DNA of 64,000 nt from Rhodosorus marinus CCMP1338. Lineage: Eukaryota > Plantae > Rhodophyta. Location: positions 186,001-250,000 of the forward strand of contig JAMWBK010000003.1 in the NCBI GenBank assembly GCA_029953675.1. The letters run 5' to 3'. The notes under the pieces are model-generated. The model saw only the letters and a program-made list of their open reading frames with translations. It was not told where the DNA came from and did not search any database. Position 1 is the stretch's first letter; each line of letters begins with the position of its first letter. Of this stretch, positions 49,891 to 59,833 are shown piece by piece. A program made the translations under genes and the position numbers.

Positions 49891-51038
49891 AATGCGGGCC
49901 CCGGAGCGCGAGGAGCGCTGGGGCCGCACGGGCCATCAAGACCCAGAGAGGAGATATGGTCCGTTGAACAGAGTCAACGGCAGGCTCAGCAGGGAATGTA
50001 CGTACCAGGGCCTCCGCGCGGGCCTCGACGGACCCGCGACGGAGCACTTGGGAGTAGGAAGGCCGCACCGGGCGGGTAGCGGCGGCAGGGGGCACGGGAC
50101 CAGACACAGAAGAGTCGCCCAGAAGAGATAGGTTCGGGAGGACAGCTGTCTCATGGACAGCTGTCGCAACCGCGTTTGTCCGAGTGGGACACGCCCAAGT
50201 GGGACATCGGCCGCCGCCGTCGTGGCGCCGGGGCACTGGACATCGGCAAAAGCAGCCAGGGTGGAAGCCAGCTCCGCGAGGCGGTTGGCTTCAGCAGCAG
50301 CAGCAACAGCGCAAGCAATTTGGACAACTAAGGCTTCCGCAGTAGCCTTGGTGCAACCTGGCAGCTCGGCGAGTGTGCCGAATCTTCCGAGTCGTAGCTC
50401 CACTGACTGCGGAGAGGCAGTTGAGGAAACCATCTGAAGCGGAAATTCAGAGGGACGCTGGGGGAAGAGTGGCGCAGGTGAACCCCACAAGCACCGCCGA
50501 TGACCGAAATATCGCCGAACAAAACAGCAACGCCAAGATGAGGCCAATCCCCTACCGGAATCACCTTCCCAGACCAAAACAACCCAAAAAACCCTTCGCG
50601 GACGACCCGGAAACGCCGGGAAAGGCGAGGAACAGCCGCAGAAAGATGGCAGTCCACACGAAGATCGCGAACAAACTCAATCGCGCCCAACCCAGCTAAC
50701 AAATAACCAGTGCGTGTCAACGCCTGAACTATTTCCGACTCTTCTGTGTCTGGTCCCGTGCCCCCTGCCGCCGCTACCCGCCTGGTGCGGCCTTCCTACT
50801 CCCAAGTGCTCCGTCGTGGGTCCGTCGAGGCCCGCGCGGAGGCCCTGGTACGTACATTCCCTGCTGAGCCTGCCGTTGACTCTGTTCAACGGACCATATC
50901 TCCTCTCCGCTGGGTCTTGATGGCCAACGTGCGGCCCCAGCGCTCCTCGCGCTCCGGGGCCCGCATTCATCATCATCAGTTTATCAGAGCCTAACTACCC
51001 TGAGAAGCGAGAAACAAGACGCTGATGACGCGCGTCGA
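49820..51038. repeat. Long inverted repeat: arms 49820-50117 and 50736-51038, 618-bp spacer
   Basis: Manual alignment of the arms shows only two substitutions and two indels (2 nt and 3 nt). The region is visibly GC-richer than its flanks. Confidence 0.93.
49900..50433 (-). pseudogene. Possible gag/ORF1-like N-terminal fragment of a transposon
   Basis: ATG at 50433 starts an Ala-rich helical stretch. After an apparent frameshift come a Pro/Ala-rich linker and RPSYSQVLRRG, similar to the SYAxV motifs of retroelement ORF1 proteins. Confidence 0.3.
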
Positions 51039-51146
51039 GCAATAAAGCCGTGTGGCGCTCAAATGCTGCTTTGCTTGTAGACGCGCGTCATCAGCGTATT
51101 GTCTCTCGCTTCTCGGGGCAGTTAGCCTCTGAATAAACGGATCATC
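50968..51146. mobile_element. Two divergent retroelement 3' ends joined at about 51050 (minus copy 50968-51050, plus copy 51051-51146)
   Basis: The minus copy reads ALLLDARHQRLVSRFSG-stop. The plus copy reads WRSNAALLVDARHQRIVSRFSGQLASE-stop, then AATAAACGGATCATC. Confidence 0.78.
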
Positions 51147-51253
51147 GGTATCACCGTGAAGAAGCGGAAGCTGAGACTCCCCCCCAAACCGCGCAGGCGA
51201 GCCAAAGTCGACGCCGAGGAGGAAGGTCACCTTCCTGAACTCAGAGGGGTGGC

Positions 51254-52520
51254 TTACGAATCCCGATGTATGTCCCACGAAAGGCTTTTTTGGATTACAT
51301 CGATCCTCGAAGGGGCCGGACATGAACCATCCATGGTGGTTGATACTATAGTGATTGATTCCATAGGGATTGATACTATCGTCACTATTGTCGTTAGTGT
51401 GTTCTCGTGGTTCTTCACAGTTTGAGCGATCTCTTCAGCCCCATACGCCGGCTTGGACGACCTTTCGCCTCTTCCGTCCAACTTGGACACCTCCTTTCTG
51501 GGGGGCTCTTTTACGCTGGGCCTGTCGCGTTTTCGACCGCAAAGACCTACTCTACGTACGTAAGTGCGGATACAGTTCGTTGAGAAAGAACTGTATATGT
51601 ATGAAGCCGCTCAGGCACTCCTCGTCGCAGTGCTTGAGGTGCTCCTTTAGCGTCGTCTGAAATTCCGCGGAGTAGTCGCTGGCGCTCGCACCCACGTTGT
51701 CGATCCGGGAAACGCGGTTGGCCAGTTCTGCGTCCTTGTTGTGTACGGCGTAACGCCTTCTCCTGGCCACTTGTAGCACTGCCACAAACAGCTTGACGGG
51801 TTTCTCAATAAGACTCATGCTCGTATCGGAGATGCAGTTGTTCTTTCTGCACGAGGGACAACCAGCAACGCCAAGGGACAGGGAGTTCGAGCGTTCCAAC
51901 TCCGGACAGTTTAGTCAGATATTTCCTTTCGACTGTTCCTGTAGCAGAGCTCTTTCCATAGTGTTGCTGTGAGTGGTAAACATCATCATCCCATCTGCGG
52001 TATAGAATGACTTCGGTAGCCTCTGCCTCTTCTCAAGGTTTTCCAGACTCCGACTTGCGTATCCAGGAATGCAGGATTCTAAAGGCGTATCTACAGTAGA
52101 GATTCATCTTCGGCGATTTCTGCGGTTGTGTAAGCGAGGGACCAGAAACAGCCACACACAAATCTCTCGTCCGCCTTCTTGCAATGAACATCCTCAAATA
52201 GACCATTTGCCTGTGAGGTGCCCCTTCGTCAACGTCTATCGCACGCTCACTAGAGACGAAGTTGCTCCCTGCAACGGGAACAACACAGCGATCATACATT
52301 TCTTAAACACCGGTGATAAGTAAATACGGGCCCATAAAAGATGCCAAAGGGTGGGCAGACGGGCAGAGTCCCTGCAGAGCTCTCAACGAGTGTCCTTAAA
52401 CTAAGCCAGACGAGTCCCTTCACGCGACGCACTACGCTGTCGCTTAGTCTGAGAACTGTAAACATTTGCGTTTGAAGAGAGAACACCATATCCAACTGGA
52501 TTTTACGATAATGCCACAAA
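51254..52520 (-). pseudogene. Unknown gene or decayed remnant
   Basis: Protein-like frames at 52033-52299, about 52090-51552 (one in-frame TGA at 51915-51917) and 51254-51490. No recognised domain. Confidence 0.3.
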
Positions 52521-52711
52521 ATCCTAAAAACCCAGAATATGGCTCTTGAAGGCCAAAAAGCTCAGTTTGCTCGCCGGGCACCTTCGTGGTAAGAAAGGGG
52601 GTTACCAGTGATGATGGTGGGTCGGGGCGAGGGGGATGCGTAGAACAAGCAGCAGCTTGAGCTCTCTGGCGGAGTGGGAAGGTCTGATTTGTTTTCGAAC
52701 TCGTGAAGAGC

Positions 52712-53738
52712 ATGTTGAATTTCCTTTCTGCCGTTTGCTGTATTGGTGGGAGTGACGGCAAAGTTCATCTGGGAAAAAAGACATTGGCCGTGGATTATGG
52801 TTTGCGAAGAGTGGGTTTAGCATTGTCAGTGGGCATTGCTCCTCGGCGTCTTGAGAGGGTTTATAATCGTGGAAATTTGGGGGATGTCGCACGTCGTATA
52901 TCTGATGTTGCTCGACGAGAAATGGCTCTGCAAGTTGTAGTAGGACTTCCCTTGAATTCAAGAGGTACGAGCTATCCGTTGCTCGAAAACACTTGGACAA
53001 TTCCTGTAAAGCGTCGCCCCTAAAACCACGACTGCTTCTGAACTTACCCCCGCAGGTGACGAAGGCGAGCAAGCTGTGGCCACCAGAAAATTCTGCGAAT
53101 ACCTTAGAATCGCTCTCCCGGAACCGCCCATTTACCTTTGGGACGAACGGTTCTCCACGCAAACTGCACGGAACCGGCTGATGAATTCAAGTGCGATTAT
53201 CCTAGAGAACCACACTAGCCTTCTTCTGGCTTTAAGGAGCTTGTAGGGAACTGAACTCCCACTTTGGAATGCATCCAACTCATGGATATCTGTCCTGTTT
53301 GGTGAACAGAGACATACAGGAACCAAGTTGAAAATTACGTCGATTCCGAGGCGGCGGTGGCGATTCTTGAAGACTTTTTCGAGAACAGCGGCGACGATGC
53401 GGAACTCCTCTATCCCGGTCGAGGCGGTCTCGATTACGGTGCGGCTATACTGACCTCCGGTTTCTCCAAGTAGAAGGCTTGGACACGACCCAAAACCTCA
53501 TCGTGGGCCTTGTCTACATGTGTTTCAGGGAAGCCTCAAGAGGTGTGCAATAACGACGATGGTCCTCGTTCCTTCAAGGAGTGGAAGAAGGCACTGATTC
53601 AGACGGCGGACGAAGGGGGAAACCCGCGGTCAAAGGAAAAGAAGAAAAAGAAGAGAAAAAACCGGAAAAAATAGTAGGAGACTCGTCCGTCGCGCTCGTA
53701 GAGAATCCGGGCGGAAACGATCTGACCGCCATCACTGA
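52712..53738 (+). CDS. yqgF: YqgF/RuvX-family nuclease (pre-rRNA maturation), probably organelle-targeted
   Basis: LAVDYGLRRVGLA, VVVGLP, WDERFST and VDSEAAVAILEDF. A probable last exon (53529-53738) encodes a K/R-rich tail; the unspliced alternative stops at 53473. Confidence 0.88.
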
Positions 53739-54136
53739 CTGGAAGCCATGAATTGTGATCGTTCATCATGCAAGCTGGTTCTGCTATGTATTATATATAG
53801 ATTTTTAACTTTCCCACCCCAACCTCTCCTCTGACTGGAACACTATAACACCTCTACAATGTAGCCTTTGAACATGCAACATAAACTGTTAAATGGCAAG
53901 GTCTGAAATCCACACGCCAACCTCCTGGACAATCTACTAATACCGCATATCTCATTTCCCTGCAACGCCAAAGGTGTTGGCCCATTTCGTCCGCCCCCCC
54001 CAACCGCGTAAGTGGCAAGGTCTAAAAACTCCAACACCAACCATCTAGACAAACTGCTAGTGCCGCGTATCAAAATTTTCCCCCCATAACCAGGAATGTT
54101 TGCCCCTTCTGTAGGCCTCTCCCATCCGCCTAGTTC

Positions 54137-55473
54137 CTAGGCCGTAACATCTTCGGTCACTGGTGTGCTCTCGGTCTCAGCTTCAGCTATGAACTGCTGC
54201 CATTTCTTCGAGAGCGCCACAACTTGCCCAATAATTAGCAACGTCGGACTTCTCAGTCCGTTCTCCTCGACCTATTTATGCGAACAGGTCAACTCCGAGA
54301 ATGAGAACAGTGATAAGGCGGGAATGTTGTAGTTCGTGAACAGTTCTACCTTCTGAGGGAAGTCTCCAAACTCTGAGAATACGATCCTCTGTCCAGGCAA
54401 TGTACCTCTCTCCACGGCGACGGCTGGCGTGTCTGTGGGCAGACCATGGCGCAGTAGGACTTCAGAGAGCTTGGGCAAGTTGGACAGACCCATGTATATC
54501 ACAAGGGTGGTATTCTTGTCGACGGCGCCTTGGAAGGACTAGATATGGATAAAGGCCAGGAGCTGACGATTAGTGATCAGGTTCTCAAGCGGTTCGTGAC
54601 AGTCCTGAACTTACATCCTCAAATTCATCACCGTCCTCTCGAAAGTGCCCAGTGATGTACCGCACGCTCGTGGCAACGCCTCTGTGCGTCATTGGAATAC
54701 CTAACTCTGCGCCGATGCCGGAAGCTGCCGTAATTCCCGGGATACAGGTTACCTCGACTCCTTTTTTCTCCAGATACTCAAGCTCTTCTCCACCTCGCCC
54801 AAAGATGTAAGGATCACCTCCCTTGATAAGGAGATACAATCACCGGAGTCTATGTTAGCAGGGAGGCGTTTGAAGTATTAAGTGCTCGAGAATGACGCTC
54901 ACCTTGAGTCTGAGGATAGTGCCGCCGGCTTCAGCAAACTGAAACAGAAGATCATGAATATCCTCCTGCTTTCGCGTGTGAAATCCTTTTTCCTTTCCCA
55001 CGTAGATCATTCTCGCGCTCGGGTTGACGAAATCTAAGAACACGGGAAAAAGCAGCAAGCTGCCAAGTAAATATTCTGCACCACCAACTGATGACTAGCC
55101 CTAACGAAAGCTCTACCCAAGGGGCTTTGGAAGACCACGTACTCATTATGTCATTAGATACCAGGCGATCGTAGAGCACAACGTCGCAACTTTTCATCAA
55201 CTGCACAGCTCCCAAAGTAAGCAAAGAGGGATCCCCGGGACCCGTTCCAACCAGATATACTGATCCAGGCCCTGAGCTATTCTCTCTTCTGTTTTCTCTG
55301 ATACTCTCTACGGCGGCTTTCAAATCCGCCATCATATCCTTCCCGTTCGCAGTCATCCTGGTTGTCGTTCGGGGCCTAAACCGACCGCTGCGGGGAGACA
55401 CCCGCGACCGACGGCCCCCAACCCCAACATGCCCGAGTCCCAACCCTCCAACAAAAGCGCACTGACCCTCCAT
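54137..55473 (-). CDS. UPM1: Uroporphyrinogen-III C-methyltransferase (SUMT/CobA; siroheme synthesis), plastid-targeted
   Basis: MEGQCAFV leader, [42 protein letters not shown] and IYMGL. Confidence 0.95.
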
Positions 55474-57579
55474 TTTCAACCGTCTCAAGTTGGACCAGCT
55501 CTCCCACAAAATCGAACAGAATTCACACCCCCCCCCCCACGAGGTCCTCAATCCAGCTACAAAACTTACCAAAGCAACCCTCCAGGAATCATCGTCGAAG
55601 CCACTCACCCTCTCCCCACTCCCACCCCATATGCAACCATCCCTCCAAAAGCCAATTTTAAAAGATCTCTTCCACGACCTCCCTTCCTTCGTCCTACTCT
55701 AATTTTCTCCAGAAATCTCGTTCGTCAACTGCCTCTCACTCACAAAAGCCCTACTGTTTCCTCCCCCGAAACGCATACACTCCATTTTCACACATCCCCT
55801 GCCAACAGCCTACACACCCCAACTAGCGAGCGATGTGTGCCCTCCCGCCCCTGGGCGAAGCAGGTTGGAATATGTTCGAAAACGATAATACAATATCCCC
55901 TTTCGTGACTTTTTCCGTCCGGGCATGAAAAAAAAACAAACAAACAAACAAACAAAACAAAAACAAGATATCCCCCGAAAAAAAAACAAAAACACGACGT
56001 TTCTGCCTCCAACCGTCGTATTTTTCTGAAAAACAAATTTCGTTTTTGATTGAAGATAAGATAAGATCAGAAAAACAAAACAATACAGAGAGACGAAGGT
56101 GTGTCAATATGGATTGAACGCTTTAAAATATAATCATTTCAACGTTCAGTGGCGGTGGTGGCTTTTCTTCTTCCTATTGAAATCTCGTCTATTTGTCTCG
56201 CTTATATGTTTTTGTTTTTAAGTTTATTTCGGTTGTTCATAAGGTATAGTACTATATTAAGATATATGATTCGATAATATTATTTATTAACGAGATAGAC
56301 TAGATATTATTGGATTATAAGGATGGAATATGGTAAAGTTTATTGATTAAAATTGGATGATGACGCGAGAATTTGCGCGCACTGACTGGCACACGCAAAG
56401 GTTGGAGAAGTGGTGATGCCAAACCATGGCAAGCCAACCATTGCGCAGTTGAACGACGACTTGTAATCGAGGTCTTCAGGTTGTTTTTTTGAGGTTATAC
56501 AAGCGCGACAAGACTTGAGGATAGTTTTCGCGATGACCATACGTCTCGCTCACAATTGCTCTCTTTGCTGAGTGAGTTGTGCAGCGGTTGGCTGAAAAAA
56601 AAAAAACAACTAGCGAGCCCAGGTGGGTGTGTTGGGACAGGGAAAGAGGAGCCACCAGTGTGTGACTACGACGTTAACAGTGAACACAAACTCCTAAAAA
56701 TTATTGGTGGTCGCACCGCTACGAAGTGCAACCAAAGAGTTGCCCATCCACAGCACAGTGGCGTTCTATTGCCGCCTTTGTGTTAGAGGTCCGTTCTCTC
56801 GATTCCTCTCATGTCCGTGAATAAACCCGGTTGATCGACAGACGTGCCGGAATTTTCAGGGTTTGAGCATTCTTGTTGGTCTGCAAAGATTTGTGTCTCC
56901 CCCAGCTTGGAGAACTGGTTCTGAAAGGACCTTCACCATTTATTGTCATATACCGCTAAGAAAACATCCCTTGTACAAACTTCGTGCGTTCTGCCCAGGA
57001 AACCCTGGCGATCAAAACACAAAACCACATCAAGCACAGCAAGTTCCATTCTAAAGCTCGTTGATGATCGCTGCATCAGGTAGATCTTCCTATGAAACAA
57101 CAGAAGTTCTCCATCTCCGTTCTTGTACTAAGCGAGAAATGTACAATCCCCCCACATCCTCCGCTGCCGTCCGCTGCCTACCCCGGAAAGTGCCATATGG
57201 ACGAAGTCTGGGTCTCAGGTCATAAGCGGCGTCGTCGTCGTGGGCATGGGGGGATGGGCTTGCGATATCAGGAGCCTGACAATATTTTTCGAGCTTTGCT
57301 AGAGATAGTTGGAAGAGATTTGGACACGGAAGAGCTGATCTGAGCTAAACCCTGCTAATCGAGCAGTGCTGAATTTGTTTTGGGTGAGTTTGGTGGGACG
57401 ATGATGAGTTTCTTTCTGGTGGGTTGGCGAGTTCAAATGAAGCTTTTTGCATGTTGTTCCGGTGGTTTTTCCTTTTTTTTCGTTTTGATGGACGGGTGAT
57501 GAGTATGATGTAATCTATTTGTCATCACTTTACATATTGCCTCGGAACATTGTGCGGAAACCGACGCGAAAGATCTCCG

Positions 57580-58620
57580 CTTGCTGCTCAACGAATTTTT
57601 TTCTCGTTTTGAGCGCTGGAGGGAGTACCGTCGGAGAACCCATCTGCGCGGTTCCTATGTGCGAAGATTGATTGTACAAACAGCTGACTCTTCCGTCTGC
57701 TTTGCCTTCGAGAAGGTTCCAGATGAGCTTGAATATCGCACGTGGCTTCCGCCTCTAACTTGGCAACAACGTTTCGCTGTTTTCTTGTTTAGGATATGAA
57801 GAAAAGGCTTCAAGTTCGAAAAAGTTTTAAATCGTACGGCACGCTCAGGATAGGCTCAAAACGGATTGAAGGAACTTGGTGAGGAAGAGCCCCTCCCCAT
57901 CATGAGCTGCGAGCACTTCCACGCGAGCCACAGTCGCTTCCTTAGAAGTCTGTTGCTCGATCTCAGGTGAGCTCGCAGCTGTAGATTCATGTCCGCAGTT
58001 CAATGCTACATGTCGTCGCGCAGCAAAGCACAAGATGTTACACCTCGGCTATATGAGGTTAGCCTCCACACGAGATAGGAATTCCGTTCATGCAGAGGTC
58101 CTTTATGAGAAGACCTTACAGGAAAGGAAAACCCTGGATTTGATCAGGGGACTCGGCATTAGCTTGTCGTTTCGGTTGATGACGTACAACGTTCGGCCAC
58201 GCACAAACATGCTTGTGACTCTGGATAGCATGTCCACATCAATCTACAGCCTGTGCAATCGTCACCCACTGTACAAATCCCTTTCCAGCTCAATCCAATA
58301 TAGGTTGGGTCTGGGATCCATACTGAGTAATTTCAACTATTATCCCGGCCACTCGTAAACACCATTAGGGCTTCCAGAAAGACAGGATTTAATCGGAGTT
58401 GTCAGCCAAGCCCCAACTCGAGCGCTGCGGCTGCCAATTTGGGGGAAATGTTGTTCTCGTCGCGTTGGGATCCGACTCCACCCGACTGAGTCCTTCGATT
58501 GACAGCCATTGCGTTTCGTCGACATATACAAATCCTGAGGATTCTGGATGAAACTCACAAGCAGTGTTTTCTATCCCGAACAAGTTCCAGTTCGATGACA
58601 AAAAGCGAAAGTCGTAACAA
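57580..58620. pseudogene. Possible decayed coding remnant
   Basis: Protein-like stretches occur on both strands, interrupted by stops. No family could be assigned. Confidence 0.15.
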
Positions 58621-59833
58621 ACTCTCAGTTGACAACGAACAGACTACAGATTTTCAACACAGACTCCAGCGTATCTCAAAACCCTCCCGACGAATCCTAT
58701 TGGATTCAATTCAATGGGGTCATTGGTGGTTCCACCAATCATACACGCACTTCTAAGAGAACATTATCCAAATCAACGGAATGATTCTAGAAATGGATTT
58801 TCGTCCAGGGGTCGCTCATTGCATGTCTTACAAACATGTATATAAGACCGTCAATAAAACTTAAAAAGTATTGGACACAGGGAACCAGATGGGGTTTTTC
58901 TAGGGTGGATAATGACAACCCTATTAATAAACCAACAGCTTTCTGAGTTCTCTGGTCTAAATTTAGAGTTGTTTTGCCCTATTCAAGGTTTTTCAAAGGT
59001 AAGCTGATCTACGTGGTGAAGGCTGGGGCACAAAAACTGAGAGACGTTGAGCTAGCCGCCGGCAAAGGGCGTCTCACGAAGGCGCAGTCTTTTAGCTGGT
59101 CTATTATGAAAGCTATGTAAGAGTATTTATTTCGATCCTTGAATCCCCAGATCGTTCTCAAACAGGTTATCAAAACAAAAACGGGCGCAATTGAAACTTA
59201 TTCAAACGGACGCATTAGATAAGTGAGACCGCGCCCAATCAACCCAAGTGGAGAAAAGTGGGAAGAAGACGTCCCAGGCACAAGACAACGCACTCCTGCG
59301 TTTCACAAAAGACCAACTCCATCCTGTTTCACGAGTCTCATAGATACTAGTACGCAGCTGCGTAGCAAAAAAAAAGCAAATAGTGTGTCACCGGTGGCTC
59401 TGCATGGATCGTAGCTGCAGACTGGAAGCAGCGATTCCTATAGAAGCAGGCGATGACACATAGGAGATTTATTCCTTAAAAGGGCCCGAAACGGTATGGA
59501 GTGGAATCTCTGGGTGGATGATTACAGAATTCTCGGCTTAGGCTGATGATTAGTTTACTTATTAGGATGACGACAATCTTCAGATAAGCGCGTGGGAAGG
59601 GTGGCGCTGGTCTTTGGGCTTTTGAAGGTGAGCTAGTCGCTTTTGGTATTGAACCTGTCGGGTTTGGTTTTGTTCTTTGGGGCGACCTGGACGCTTTCGG
59701 GCAGTGAATGCTTGAGCTGAAACTCTTTTGCCTGTTGTGGTTGGTCTGGGTGCTTCTTTGTACTGTTATGTTGTCTGTTTGACGTACGTTTCGTTTGGCT
59801 GGTTGCTGTGGATGGTCGTTGATGATAACCAGT

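Noticed and set aside
51005-51045. Hammerhead ribozyme suggested by CTGATGA and ACGCGCGTC in the repeat core
   Set aside because: There is no stem II followed by GAAA after CTGATGA and no stem I partner. The motif is explained as antisense of coding sequence (DARHQR).
48717-51146. One DNA transposon or MITE with ~90-bp terminal inverted repeats
   Set aside because: The apparent TIRs are opposite-orientation retro-tails ending in AATAAA plus microsatellite. No transposase or TSD was seen.
48717-51146. CRISPR-like array
   Set aside because: The repeats are irregularly spaced, in mixed orientation and degenerate, in a eukaryotic context with no cas genes.
58340-58601. FVYVDET as a Tc1/IS630 DDE catalytic motif
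   Set aside because: No second D or E motif in register, no TIRs, and the surrounding frames do not support a transposase.
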